In this document: positions 22,146 to 34,085 of the stretch, piece after piece
How positions within the stretch are numbered: position 1 is the first letter of the stretch
Layout: every line of letters begins with the position of its first letter
From: an uncultured Nitrososphaerales archaeon
GTDB lineage: Archaea; Thermoproteota; Nitrososphaeria; Nitrososphaerales; Nitrososphaeraceae
DNA length: 64,000 nucleotides
Direction: 5' to 3'
Assembly: GCA_963841565.1 (NCBI GenBank)
Contig: CAWJCY010000003.1
Span: 202,801 to 266,800, forward strand
Translations under genes and position numbers: made by a program
The notes under the pieces: generated by a model
Databases searched by the model: none
The model's input: the letters and a program-made list of their open reading frames with translations, nothing else
Told to the model about the DNA's origin: nothing

Positions 22146-22505
22146 CTATTGATGGGGCTTATTGAAATGACCAATAATCTGCTTATTTCTCATCAATACG
22201 CAACATGCACATCTTATCCCAATACACGTTTGGGGATTTGTGTGTTTGCAGATTGAGCAAGTGCAGATTGTTTCTACTTGCACTCCAGACTTTGAAGAAA
22301 TTACGTCATCCTCGGGGAGTTGTCGATCTTGCTCCCGAGATCTGACTACACCATATAACCAATATGTAAAAAGTGCTACACCGGCTATTATTAGAGCCAC
22401 ACTAAATAAGGCGGAACGTAATGACAATAAGGTTGCACCTAACAAGAGTAATGCAATACTCAGAACAAGAACCCAGCCTTGTTGAGTTGATGCATTGAAG
22501 CTCAT
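22146..22505 (-). CDS. Two-TM membrane protein with a C-terminal Cys-rich putative Zn-binding tail
   Basis: Likely start MSFNAS (22505); two TM helices, then CTCSICKH..C..CACC. Confidence 0.7.
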   Translation of the reverse strand: MSFNASTQQGWVLVLSIALLLLGATLLSLRSALFSVALIIAGVALFTYWLYGVVRSREQDRQLPEDDVISSKSGVQVETICTCSICKHTNPQTCIGIRCACCVLMRNKQIIGHFNKPHQ

Positions 22506-22548
22506 TTCATATACTCTAATATTGCTGCGGTGGCAGCCTTTAAAATAT

Positions 22549-22914
22549 TCAGGTGTTTGTTGAAGGAAAATCAATCAACGGCTTCAACTCTTCTTGTAAT
22601 TCGGAAAATACCCGTAGATATTCAAGACCTCTTTCCGTTATTTCGTAAAACTGATGTCCGTCTATATGGATGGAATTTAACAGATTCAATCTTAGCAATT
22701 GATTTCGGTACATCTGAAACTGATGCCATGTCAGACAACAGCCATATACAATGTCTATCGGTTTGCATCTTTTTCGATCCGGACTTGAGATGGTATCAGA
22801 GGAGGAAATTATCTTAAGAATTTCGTTGATAATCTCATATTCACCTCTATGCGGTTCTCTACGACGTTTCGTCGCATGTTTTTGGATTACTTCCACCGTA
22901 CTCCACAGTAGCAT
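22549..22914 (-). CDS. Winged helix-turn-helix regulator (thaumarchaeal HTH_45/DUF4364-like)
   Basis: RGEYEIINEIL..IVYGCCLTWHQFQMY..YEITERGLEYL. Confidence 0.85.
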   Translation of the reverse strand: MLLWSTVEVIQKHATKRRREPHRGEYEIINEILKIISSSDTISSPDRKRCKPIDIVYGCCLTWHQFQMYRNQLLRLNLLNSIHIDGHQFYEITERGLEYLRVFSELQEELKPLIDFPSTNT

Positions 22915-24389
22915 CTCTGTTCAGTATTTTACTTTAATTTAACTTACTTTTCTCACTGCAAAAAGCTGAGTCACTAGTGATTTGCAGGTGAAGAAATCAA
23001 TCACGGTAATGTGCCAGGTTTTAATTCAAGAATTCATATACATTGCGCCAAGGCATCTTGACAACATTAGAATTACAAGTTCAAAAGCTTCATATCTTCC
23101 TCGGCACTGAATGCTACCGCACATTAATCTGATCACTGGGTCTCCAGGCAATAAATGGACATTGTTATCGTAATTGTCATGGCCAATTAAAGAGGACCAA
23201 CTTAAATTTCAGATCTTGTTCAAGTGTTACTCTAGAGGGGGAACATCTAGGGTGAGAATCAGTTCGCTAATTATCATGCCAATATTCACGAATCCTCACT
23301 ATTCTAGTATTTAGGTATTGAAAAGCATGGGATTCAACTGCATCGTTACAATCGCCAATTAATCCTTAACAGGTGTAATAAAGTTATTAACTCGATCAAT
23401 GGTCATTTTACATGACAATTTTATTTAGAATCAACAAAGAAGCGATGTCTGGCACTAACTCGATATAACAGACCAACAATTTATTTCACTGTTATTTGCT
23501 TAACGTCACTGCCTATATTGATTACAATCAGTTTCTTTGATACATTTGTGTTTGCACAGGAAGGCAGCATCTCAAGAATCTGGTAACACTCCTGTTACTC
23601 TAATCCCAGCGCTGACTCAAAATACTTTGACCATGGTCGTTGTTGATTGGAACATCTTCTTTCATCCTGGGACTGAGAATTCAAAACATGACAAGGTCAC
23701 CATCAATCACACCGCCAACATCTAAATTAATGAACAAGTATTTTGAGCTGTTAATACTGGCTTTAGTTATTCCATCGGTGATGATTATTGTATTTAGTAT
23801 CTTTATTGTGGGTCGCTAGCTTGATCCTGGCGATTCCGCATATTTACTATTGTTATTCGCTCTTTTTATTCCTGTAGGGGGTGTATTGTTTCTAGTCAAG
23901 AATTTACGGAAGGTTTATTCGACCTGAGGGCGAATGTCTCACCAGCCTCCTTACAAGTCATGTCTGCAAGAGGCTATGCCACCAGTCTTACTTCTAGTGG
24001 ATGTGTATTTGAGAGTCATTAACTGTGACTAAAGGTAATTCATTCCCTTGTCATTTATCATAGATTCCACTTTTTAGAATCACGGTACATTTCCAAGAAG
24101 CGCTTTCCCATATTTGAAATATGGTAGGGTTTCGTATATTGGTTATACATTAGCAATTCAATATGCAGTAGTTCGTAGAGCATCTGTTTTAGCTGCTTGT
24201 ATGAAGGATAGACTTGAAACATGATTCTCTCTTTTTGTTCACCATCCAGAGCAGTATTAAGACTTTAAGCGGTACATTCTGTCTTCGTTCTATAGCGTTG
24301 GAGGTGTCTCAACTTTTACGACAACTGATGGCATTAACTCGCGGTAGAAATAATGGAGACACCAAAGATGAGAATCTTACTAACGTAAT

Positions 24390-25165
24390 AGTTACTGGAA
24401 AGGAAGGAATTACACCTACATCGGAATCGTGTTTACATTATTTGCAATTCTCGCGACAGCGTATTTGGCCATGATAATTTTCTCTGGATTTTTGTACCAT
24501 TTAATGGATTGGATGGAATAATAAATCATCTCCCATTTTATGATAACCCCCACAATGAAGCAGAATTTGAAGGATATTCAGGGAGAGATATTATCCTTGT
24601 ATGCTGTTCATGGGGGCAGGAACTTGCAGATGGAGAGATAACCTACTTTATAGGAGATTATAAAATTGATGAAGGTTCGATCGGAAATAGATATGAGGTT
24701 GATGTGTCTTCAATTGAAGCTGTAAACAAAGCATTTGAGGAATGGGATTCAAAGATAGAACGGTTGAAATTCACTGAAACTCCAACAAGGAGGGGTGCTG
24801 ACGTAGAAATATATTTTCGAGAAGGCCAGAATGAGAAAGCTGGAATTACCAACAACTATTATAATTTCTACGGATTCATATCGAAATCCTACGTTCAAAT
24901 TTCAACGGGTGCATTTGGATTTGCATTTAGCAGCAATCAGATGGAACAAATTGTAAAACATGAGATTGGACATGTTCTCGGATTGGGGCACGCAAATTTT
25001 GATGGTAATTTAATGGCAGCTCAGGTTAATCGCGGAGTCGGTACTGTTTCAAGCTGCGAAGTCGAGGGCGTATACGCGACTAACGAATGGTGGTTTGAAA
25101 AACCTACGGAGACCCAACCACTGTATATCAGACAGCCCACGACTGATCACATAGACTGCAGATAA
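24390..25165 (+). CDS. Matrixin-family (metzincin) Zn metalloprotease; signal anchor lies out of frame at a T-run near 24490
   Basis: HEIGHVLGLGH plus Met-turn NLMA. An upstream frame encodes hydrophobic IGIVFTLFAILATAYLAMIIFSG. Start position uncertain. Confidence 0.85.
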
Positions 25166-25480
25166 CCAGAGCACCCGATGAAGATATATTTTATTCAAGG
25201 AGAGTTCAGATTTAGAGATAAATGGGTCGCAATGCAAAATCCATGGTTGAGGGTACAAGGGGACTTTTCAGAGAGCACATCAATTTGAATTTGGTGCCCA
25301 ACATACATAAAGGATGTTATCGATATCAAATTTAATAATACCAAATCTGCTTTTACTTTGAATTCAACTATTGCACACATTTTCAACTGTAAAGTGTCAA
25401 AAATCAGACTCGCTTAAAATTAATTTTGATCCGAATCCTATTCGACTGCCTTCAGGGATTTCCTAGTTTATTCTACATTT

Positions 25481-25741
25481 TCAGAAGCTTCTTGCCCCGC
25501 AGCTGTAACAATAGACATCATCGTTGTTGATTGCAGAGCCGCACTTGGTGCAAACCTTTAACATATGAGAGGGTGGGACATCCATACTTCTCTTACAATC
25601 TTGACAGAATGTTAAAGAAGCAGGATTTCTTCTACCACAAAACCTACAATAGATACTGTTCCCACTTATGTCAGAGTATTCCTTTTTCAAATCAGTACGA
25701 TTTGTTATAAAATTAATAACCTTATCGAGGAAGTTGGGCAT
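25481..25741 (-). CDS. Double zinc-ribbon protein
   Basis: CRFCG, CQDC, CTKCG, CYSCG; likely start MPNFLDK. Confidence 0.85.
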   Translation of the reverse strand: MPNFLDKVINFITNRTDLKKEYSDISGNSIYCRFCGRRNPASLTFCQDCKRSMDVPPSHMLKVCTKCGSAINNDDVYCYSCGARSF

Positions 25742-25956
25742 ATGTATTATGTAGAATAACTGGAAGATAAACATACACAAATTTTTACAGTTCCTCCAAT
25801 TGGATCTTTATTTTCAGGAACTACTTCCAATTAGGGATTGATAAGCAGAGTTTGTGAATCAGTACATAGTCTCTAACAACTAGGAAGACAAAAGAATTTC
25901 TAATGCGGATCAACTAGGAAGCGTATATAAGATCTTTAAGATACACTGTAAGTAAT

Positions 25957-26419
25957 TTGAGAATCTCATTTAAAGTAATGACGATTCACGTAGTAGGTAT
26001 AATCCTACTCATAACTTTTTCAACAAACGTCATGACTGGCATTGCCCTATCAGGAACTGATATACCGAATACTACCTCAAAATCAACTTCTAGCGAGCTT
26101 AGACCTGAGAACGGAGGCGGCAATGCTTCTAGTCAAAGAACTCACAGCGATCTCATTAGAAGTCTGTAGTACTTTTCGTGACATACTTTCAACAGATATG
26201 GCATTATCGTGCGATTACTCTATGCTGTATTACAAGGGACAATGCGAGCTATATTCATCATTGTTGAAGCTGAATGAAACCGAAGCCACGTTGGAGGCTA
26301 AGAATGACCTTTCGTTTTGCTCAGATCCGATGGTCGATAGGTATATTCAAGAACATGGCTTGACCGAAGCACCACGATCTCCTACATTGGTTCCAGGTTA
26401 TGATTCTCCATTTGCCTAA
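25957..26419 (+). CDS. Secreted hypothetical protein with four Cys, frameshifted near 26130
   Basis: Signal peptide in ORF 25957, continuing into the Cys-containing ORF 26042 (CDYSMLYYKGQC..FCSDP). Confidence 0.6.
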
Positions 26420-26648
26420 ATTCTCATTCAGAGCTGACTTATTGTATACTATTATCACTCTCAGAATGAAACGAAAGATGACTCAATGGGAAACCACCAG
26501 ACTGCATGAATCGGGTATTGGATTTCTGGTTGAACTGCAGTTAGGGGTGCTGGCTTTGATGGAGAACTAGCCAATTTACGTCTGAGCACTGATAATACCG
26601 ACGGTATTAAAAAAGTACCTGATCATGCCTTAATAAGTAAAACACTAA

Positions 26649-27215
26649 ATGAACGACCATTGTTCAATAACTCCCTCCCCTAATTCATACATAGCCAAAA
26701 TTTCGTTCTGTCAGTCTGACCACATTGTAATAGCAAGTCTTTGTATTGCAATGCTGGTCATGATTATCTGTTTATCTTCATGCGTACAATTTCTGATACT
26801 GGGTTCAAAGCATATTGTCAATTTTGATAATTATCCAGTATTTGGAGCTCCTCCATTTACACCAGACAATATTTCTGGTAATATTACAGAAGTCATTGAA
26901 AGCGATACGGTGGACATACTAACTCGTGTTGATAAGAAGAGTGGAACCGAGCGAATCAGATTAGTTCTGGTCGACGTACCCGGATATCGGGAACCAGATA
27001 TCTTTGGCACTAAAAATTTGGTAACGGGGATCAGTCTTGATAAAAATGTTCAGGTCGACCCTGACGACAAACAAGATTGGGACAATAGTATGAGTCCTAT
27101 ACTTGTAATGGTTCCAATGTGAACGCAAAAATATTAGATAAAGAATTCGCCAGCATTTATAGGCCCTGTTTCGCAATTTGGTAACTCAGATTCGGCAAAG
27201 AGAAAAGGCTGTTAA
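26649..27215 (+). pseudogene. Degenerate thermonuclease (SNase-like) gene
   Basis: ITEVIESDTVD (canonical DGDT) and ERIRLVLVDVP. The continuation YTCNGSNVNAKIL is in another frame and is followed by a stop. Confidence 0.65.
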
Positions 27216-27762
27216 TTGCTTCTGGTCTAACTCTAACTCTTTGACTTGTGAAAACTGAAGTATTCAAATTGACTTGCCACTTTTTTTTGAACTAACAATA
27301 GCATGGAGTGATTATCTTTTCTGCTACTTTCTCTAAGAGTCAAGTCCAATCTACAACCCATGACACATAAACAAGGTTTTCTATCGTCACTCAATCGAAA
27401 TGGACAATTCTTTTTCTTTGTATATTAAATCTAGTTAGACGGTCATGGCCTACAATAGATCAACTGAATCCGTGGCCTAGATATTCTTATATATGCGTAT
27501 GTAGAACAATGCTGGAAGGATGACTAAGACCGAAAGTGAGAACAACAAAGTAATAGTCTTAAGGAATAAGACTAATGAAGGGTATTTCGTAAGGGATATC
27601 CTAGATAATAGTATATTGAATAATCTTCAACATCATCATTTTCAATTTCTCGTAATGTAATTCGACTGAACTAGAAAGTAGGGGTTGTTGCTCGCGTCCA
27701 GTCCAAGTATGAATATGAGGAGTTAAATTGTAGTTTTGCAAGTACGATAATAGGAAATCACA

Positions 27763-28266
27763 GTGCCTGCATCAGCTATATTTGCTTCACGGATCGTAGC
27801 ATTGGCGGTAATTATTATGATTACTCTAATGCTGGCGCCGATGGCGTTGGTGAAAACATTTCCAGTTGTAAAGACATTTTCACAGGTTCAATCGATAGAA
27901 GAGCCTGAGGCACTCCAAACTAGTGGCCTACTACTACAAGGAGTAAATGCAACTGCTCCAGCCGGAAGAGAGGAAGATATTTACAGCATACCTACTGAGG
28001 GCGAAATTTATCGTATAACGGGGGAGGTCTTGAACAATGATACCGTTCGGTTTAGTAGTGTCCGTGTATCAGCCATGTTACTCGATAGTAACGGTCGAAC
28101 GATAGGTGAGGGGTCAGCGCACACCTCACCATCGGGCATTCAACCAGGTGCAATGGCTGCATTTGAAATCAACGTGTTCAATACTTCAGTGGAAGGAGGC
28201 ATAGGCGCAATTAGCAATTTTACATTGCATGTAGATGGCAATCGGCAAGCGCTGACATTTCGATAA
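27763..28266 (+). CDS. Secreted FxLYD-domain (Ig-like) protein
   Basis: Signal peptide; ITGEVLNN..VRVSAMLLDSNGRTIG..IQPGAMAAFEI. Confidence 0.8.
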   Translation: MPASAIFASRIVALAVIIMITLMLAPMALVKTFPVVKTFSQVQSIEEPEALQTSGLLLQGVNATAPAGREEDIYSIPTEGEIYRITGEVLNNDTVRFSSVRVSAMLLDSNGRTIGEGSAHTSPSGIQPGAMAAFEINVFNTSVEGGIGAISNFTLHVDGNRQALTFR

Positions 28267-28686
28267 TGCTCTCGGTAGATAATATTGTAGTAGTTCTAAT
28301 GTATGTCCAGAATTTTATGTTAAAAAAACAGTTGGCCTCAATTAATTTCAGTGCAGCTCATTGAGTTGCTTCGATAGAACGAATATAGTTTTAGCATATG
28401 TCTAGACAATAATTCTGTGAAAATGCCCAATTGAATTGTAAAACTTAATCATGGGTAGACGCCCATGTAAGCGTTCAACGAATGCCTAGTATTGGATAAA
28501 TTGCAGAGTTGTTTCAGAGCTCGCACTTATAAGCAAAAAAAATTCTATTCAAAAGATGTATTCGTTAAACCCCAGGTAGCTCAGTATGGATTAGGCAGTT
28601 TTTTGTACGTCATTTAAGATGCAAAGGCAGTAAAAGGGATGAATATCTCCCGAAATTTCACTTAATGTTGTAACACATTAACTGTT

Positions 28687-29166
28687 TTACCCAACTTCGA
28701 TATCTCCTCCAGGAATCACTGTATAGCTGCTTACAACTTCGTCGCCTAGATCAGATCTCACACTAAATGACGAGTTCTCTCCTGGTGCCAAGATTATGAA
28801 TCTTGCATTTTCGGTAGAAGATGTAATTAATGTGTCGTTGTTATCATAAAATTGTATTGTTACTTCTGCGGAATTGATGGTGTTATTCGAGTTATTGATA
28901 AGGGTTCCATTTACAATGGTAAATAACAAATCTTCAGAAAAGGTGTGATTAGTTATTTCCAAATATTTAGTATTAAGTACATTTCCCATAGGAGTACTTG
29001 TAGTGTTAGATGTACCAGATATCGACAAGGTGGTCGAGTTACTGCTACCGGATACCAGACCAATAGGGGAAAATTCAATTGAACAGAGTGAAATGATTGC
29101 CAAAGCAAGGATGATTGCTACAATCCTCATGGAGTAAACTGATTTTTCATTTATTGCTTTTTTCAC
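28687..29166 (-). CDS. Secreted FxLYD-domain protein
   Basis: Signal peptide; VNGTLINN..VTIQFYDNNDTLI..LAPGENSSFSV. Confidence 0.82.
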   Translation of the reverse strand: MKKAINEKSVYSMRIVAIILALAIISLCSIEFSPIGLVSGSSNSTTLSISGTSNTTSTPMGNVLNTKYLEITNHTFSEDLLFTIVNGTLINNSNNTINSAEVTIQFYDNNDTLITSSTENARFIILAPGENSSFSVRSDLGDEVVSSYTVIPGGDIEVG

Positions 29167-29620
29167 GACCTAGAATAGCAACCTTGTTATATATGAATTG
29201 ATTGGGCAAACGGGGATAAAGGTTCGCCTTGTTGTACCATCAAGATCTATAAAGAGACACCACATAGTCATAATGCGTAAGAAATTGGATATTACTAAGC
29301 ACTGAACCGCGTCGCCATTAGTAGCTATAGAATTGAGCTAACAAATGGACCAACTTCTTTTATTGTTTGGTCTATTATATCTATCCTGGATCTCCTGTAA
29401 TTGAAATGCTAAACATGATTTCACGATCATTGGGATATGGCTAGGAAGTAAATGATCCCTAGGAAGTCAATTTCCAAAACAATTCAATTTCTCATTTATC
29501 CCAAATGTAGAAATGGACGACAGGGATAATTTAAGATTCTGACCAGATGTTCTCAACTTTAGAATTAGCCTAGACACAGGTTGCATTATATCTAGGCGCC
29601 ACGTATATTATTAAACAACG

Positions 29621-30067
29621 ATGACATACACTCTCCTCTTCGGTAATAACTTCATTTCAGATAACCCCAAATCTGTGAAGTGTGATAACACTACTTTATT
29701 TTTTTTGGGTGAGGATTCCAATGGACCCTTCCTGACGACAAAACTCTCTGATCTTTCGGGAAAGCATGTAATACTTAGCATTGACAAAAACTTCTGTACT
29801 TACTGCTCCCATGATTTAGTTCTAAAAAAAAATGAGCGCAATCATATCCTGGTAGACAGTAAGGATGGAGAAAATATCATCCAATCAAGAATCTTAGATA
29901 AGACAACAATCCTCGTCAGCGGTATGTTTTCAATAAAGAAGTATGTGCTCGTAGTAACTCAAAATTATGTTATATCCCCTAGCGGCAAAAGGATTATGCA
30001 TAGCAGAATCAGTGCAAAAAATAGTTCCGTAACGCTCAACGATGAGAAGATTATGCCAGATGGTTGA
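29621..30067 (+). CDS. Hypothetical beta-rich protein
   Basis: 148-aa ATG ORF preceded by a TATA-like element; no recognisable motif. Confidence 0.7.
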   Translation: MTYTLLFGNNFISDNPKSVKCDNTTLFFLGEDSNGPFLTTKLSDLSGKHVILSIDKNFCTYCSHDLVLKKNERNHILVDSKDGENIIQSRILDKTTILVSGMFSIKKYVLVVTQNYVISPSGKRIMHSRISAKNSSVTLNDEKIMPDG

Positions 30068-30852
30068 GGGCTGGCTAGGTCACAGTTATGTATGCATTTG
30101 ATTCACAATCTTAGTAGTGTATCGAAGAATAGTATCCTCAAACTGAACATTCGACATTTGGAATAATATATTGAATATTGACCAATAAGATACTCTCTTA
30201 GCTGTCACAGTAAGATTATTAATTGAACTCGTATTCTCTTCTAAGACAACAGTGTTGATTTCTATATCCAGTTGATGCTCTCAGTAAATACAGTAGGGAG
30301 AGATTCTGGTGAATTCATGTAAGTTAATTCCAAGGATATATTTAATGGCGGAATTGCCAGTTTCTCCGTTTTCTCTGGCCGAGACTATTAGTTTAGGTCA
30401 TCTAGTGGGTATTGTTTCTCTTCCCCAAACATCAAATCAAATGACCACAAGAATTACTAATGCCTTTGTTTGCGTCCATAGATGAAGTCGCGAACGACAA
30501 GCGTTATCGCTCTGATCTCGTTTTAAAAAATCGTCACGACCGTCTTTCTTTTAACTTCAGCCACGATTCTTTTAGAGTTCGAAGTTTTTCCCTTGCTCTC
30601 AGTGGAATACGAGATTACAGCAACTATGCTCGAAAGTAACAGTTCAGTAACCTGTGGCTTTGGCTGGCTATGAATAATACTTTATCTGCACAAAAAATAG
30701 GAAAAACTAAATCACTTTACCGCAGAAAGGGTGTCAACCATCGTAATTTGAGTCATTTTGGGGAATAATAATATAAGTAGGGACATAACATAGTATTGTA
30801 ATATAATAATGGTGTCTATCCCAGGCAGAAGTGTTAAGGAGTCCAAAGAAAT

Positions 30853-31251
30853 ATGATGTCTCTTTCGGAAATCTTTTCTGTTCTTTCGGATGATGACTCT
30901 TTAAGGATAATTCAAATGATAGTCGATCATCGCGATCCGAAGATCACTGACTTTGAAAGTCCAAAGCGCTATTACACAAGGCTTTCAAAACTAAAGAACG
31001 CGCTTGTCGTAAAGAGGAAGGGTAGGTCTTACGAACTGACAGCCTTTGGATTGGTAATTTATGACATGATTCAGACGGTCAAACTGGCGCATGACCTCCA
31101 TTGGAAGTTGCAGGTCATAGATGCGATAGGCGATAGAGTACCTGACGTGGAACGTCAGCAAATCATTGAATCTTTGATACTAGACAAGTCTATCAGAAAG
31201 ACGCTGATAGAGACCCGACTTGCAAATCTCGAACCAATTAAAGTTGATTGA
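30853..31251 (+). CDS. ArsR-like winged-helix regulator
   Basis: IFSVLSDDDSLRI..KRYYTRLSKLKNALVVKRKGRSYELTAFG. Confidence 0.85.
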   Translation: MMSLSEIFSVLSDDDSLRIIQMIVDHRDPKITDFESPKRYYTRLSKLKNALVVKRKGRSYELTAFGLVIYDMIQTVKLAHDLHWKLQVIDAIGDRVPDVERQQIIESLILDKSIRKTLIETRLANLEPIKVD

Positions 31252-31566
31252 ATAGCCAACTTCAATTCCAATTGATTAGATGACCATTCATTTAATAATT
31301 CGTGAATATGGTGCCCCCCGATGTGAGAATAGCTGTTTGGTATACACCCAGTATTGAATAGTTTGTGCCAATAGGTCAAAAATAAGGTAAAAGTCCTTGT
31401 CACTTCTATCTCGTTGATTTGTGCTTCTAATTTGTTCATGCGTCCATGTTTTGATTAAAATCCCAGTTAATTCTAGACAATGCTCGTAGTAAAAGGATTT
31501 CAGACCCTGCAATAGGCTTTAATCGATGTGGACCTTGTGAATCCATTTTAATTCGTTTAATATTGA

Positions 31567-31967
31567 CTATCTGATGAATGTCAATTCATTCTTTTCAAGT
31601 AGTCTAGATACATATTTAGCAAACCGCGGGATATCATTTTCCATTTTTTCGGCTGTTATCAATAACACGTTTCTATCCGCTAGTTGAAATACCAATGCAT
31701 GTACGTCATCAAAATCCAAGTAAAGGTAATGAAGAAACCCGATTTTCCTTGAATATTTGAATAAGGATCTTACCAACTCATTAAGTTGCATAGCCAATCC
31801 CCCATCTGTTCAGGACTAAGGAGTAGAGAGACATCCTCTCTCATCCTAAATTGCTTTAGCGTTCCTCTGGGTCCTAACAGGCTAACAGACCTAACGGTAG
31901 ATGACGCAGAGAGTATTTGTGATATTATGTAATTAGTAGTTGCTTTATAATTGCGCATGTTCATCAT
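31567..31967 (-). CDS. Roadblock/longin-like thaumarchaeal protein (DUF6659-like), frameshifted near 31800
   Basis: ILSASSTVRSVSLLGPRG..MREDVSLLLSPE continues in the next frame as KIGFLHYLYLDFDDV..LLITAE; similar to the C-terminus of 34613..35563. Confidence 0.65.
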
Positions 31968-32137
31968 TTTGTGCAGCTGCGAGAATAGATAGGTATTAAT
32001 TTGTAATAAATGTCTACAAAATGATTTTTTCATTAATTAGAGCAATTAGTGCTAAGATTACATTCTTTTTTAGAGGGATTAATAATAAATCTCACTTAAT
32101 GGATATTTCTATATAACTAATTATCCTTCTTATTAAT

Positions 32138-32366
32138 ATGGTAGAGGCTATTCTAAATTGGGATAGATTAATCCATAAGAGCGTGCGTTCTAGCGACTAC
32201 GAAGATATGGGAAATATCATAGGGATGGATCCTGAGTTTCTTACGTTGATGATGGGAAGGCATGAATTTAAGATACCAAAAACTGCAATTCAAGGGTTCA
32301 ATGGTAGCGAAGTATTTTTGAAAATTCCTCCGTTAAGAAGTCTATAAACTTGAAGTAAAGATCTGA
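32138..32366 (+). CDS. Small PRC-barrel/DUF2171-like protein (C-terminus probably frameshifted)
   Basis: LNWDRLIHKSVRSSDYEDMGNI..FKIPKTAIQGFNGSEVFL. Confidence 0.65.
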
Positions 32367-32875
32367 TAAGAATAGAAAGTATTAGTGATTGTCATCGCGT
32401 TCCGGTAGTCTGGTAGTGAACGTGAGGTACAAAAACATAAGAATTATTGTTGAAAATGCTAACCCCGATCCAATCTTCACCCGTTTAAAGGCATTTCCTT
32501 CTACCTTTGATGAAAGGTGCATTGTCCGGATGGCGCGAGATACAAGAAAATTAGGAATCTCGTTGTTCCCTGTCAGCCAACTCAACGATGACTGTTCTGA
32601 CAATTCCTGGTACCTCAAAGATGACCCATCCATTGTCTTCTTTTTCTAATAATGTGTAGACCTCACCTCGCCTTTTGAATTGAATGGGTCCACAAGATGA
32701 GTGATAATAACAATATTTAGTAGAGTTTTTCTTGTAGAATGGATACTTCTAAGACCAGATATTTACCTTTGTTGGGATAGCTAAATACCTTACTTAGATA
32801 CATACCAACGTAACTTTTAGTAATAACAGAAGGTTCACATAAATATCTAGTTTTCATGTTCTGTCTGATTCTATT

Positions 32876-33169
32876 ATGAAATACAGAAGCAGAACCGAAA
32901 TTGTTGGCCTAATTCTAGAGGCCGCAAACGGAGGAGGAGCTACCAAGACAAAAATAATGTACAAAGCATTTCTATCGTTCGCTCAGCTACGAGAATACCT
33001 AACGACACTACAGGACAATGGACTTATTGAATACGAAGGTGGAATGCAAACATACAGAACTACTGAAAAAGGAATGAGACTGTTGGATATTTACGAGAAG
33101 ATGCACGAATTAGCACCACCGCTTACGACGACAGCAGAAAACAGATTCGTAGGCATTGGAGGTCACTAA
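32876..33169 (+). CDS. Winged helix-turn-helix regulator (HTH_45/DUF4364-like)
   Basis: MKYRSRTEIVGLILEAA..TKTKIMYKAFLSFAQLREYL..YRTTEKG. Confidence 0.92.
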   Translation: MKYRSRTEIVGLILEAANGGGATKTKIMYKAFLSFAQLREYLTTLQDNGLIEYEGGMQTYRTTEKGMRLLDIYEKMHELAPPLTTTAENRFVGIGGH

Positions 33170-33171
33170 GA

Positions 33172-34053
33172 ATGAACCAAACAAGTACTGCAAAATCGAT
33201 AATGTTTGCCATCGTTGCGATGGGCATAGTGTTCTCGGTAAGCGGATTGATTGCTGGGACATATAACGACAGCTTATGCAACACACCCAGGAAACATCGC
33301 AATAATGACAATGATGACGATGATGCGGCGGCTCCGGAGTTGACACGGCAACTGCATTCCAGCTCACTACTGCACAGGAACCATCAACTAACGCAGCATG
33401 TGGACAAGTCGTAAGCGGAGTAGTAAATCTAACTGCAAATCTTAACTGCAGTGGAGATGGTATCATAGTAGGTGGTCCAAACACAGTAATTAACATGAAT
33501 GGATTCTCAATCACAGGACCTGGACAGGACAGACTCTAAAGTTGGAATTATGGTACCAAATGTTGATAATGTAGTAGTAAATGGACCTGGTTCAATAAGC
33601 AACTTCCAAGCAGGAGTACTTCTTACTGGAGCAACTGGATTTGCGATTAATTCTGTCATACTATCTAACAATCAGATAGGTACATTTATGACAGGAGCTG
33701 AAAATGCACAAGTACAACAAAACATCATACAAGGTAATAGTATAGGTGTAGCATCTCACTCAAGTACAGGTGCTGCTATAGACTCAAACCTTATGAATGG
33801 AAACTTGCTAGCAGGAATAACATTTGTCAACTCACAACAGTCCAACATAGGAATGAACAATGTAGTTGGAAGTCAGAATGGAGTATTTCTTGATGGACAG
33901 AGCATACAGAATACAATATCAGCCAATAACGTACTTGAGAATGTAATTGACCTTAACAATGCAAACGGACTACCAACAAACATCAATGCAAATCAGTATG
34001 TAGACAACAGCTGTGAGACAAGTAATCCAAGTGGTCTGTGTATAGGAAGGTAA
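33172..34053 (+). CDS. Secreted right-handed parallel beta-helix (pectin-lyase-like) protein with several indels in 33260-33535
   Basis: Signal peptide; CGQVVSGVVNLTANLNCSGDGIIVG lies in an intermediate frame; PbH1-type repeats NNQIG, QNIIQGNSIG, SNLMNGNLLAG. Confidence 0.8.
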
Positions 34054-34069
34054 AGCGGGACAAGACCAA

Positions 34070-34085
34070 TCAACTCTTTTTTTTA
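34070..34085 (+). terminator. Putative oligo-T terminator
   Basis: CTCTTTTTTTT about 20 nt after the beta-helix stop codon. Confidence 0.5.

Noticed and set aside
23440-23930. Possible decayed secreted or membrane gene (signal-like IYFTVICLTSLPILITISFFDTFVFAQ and later hydrophobic stretches)
   Set aside because: Fragments lie in several frames with no identifiable family, too weak to call
3320-30790. Recurring GGGACATA word near 3322 (-), 21719 and 30780 as a shared operator
   Set aside because: An 8-mer is expected by chance once or twice in 64 kb on two strands; it also occurs inside coding DNA and at no fixed distance from starts
32382-32649. Overlapping 83-aa (-) and 86-aa (+) ORFs
   Set aside because: Neither has a motif or clear promoter, so I could not decide whether either is real
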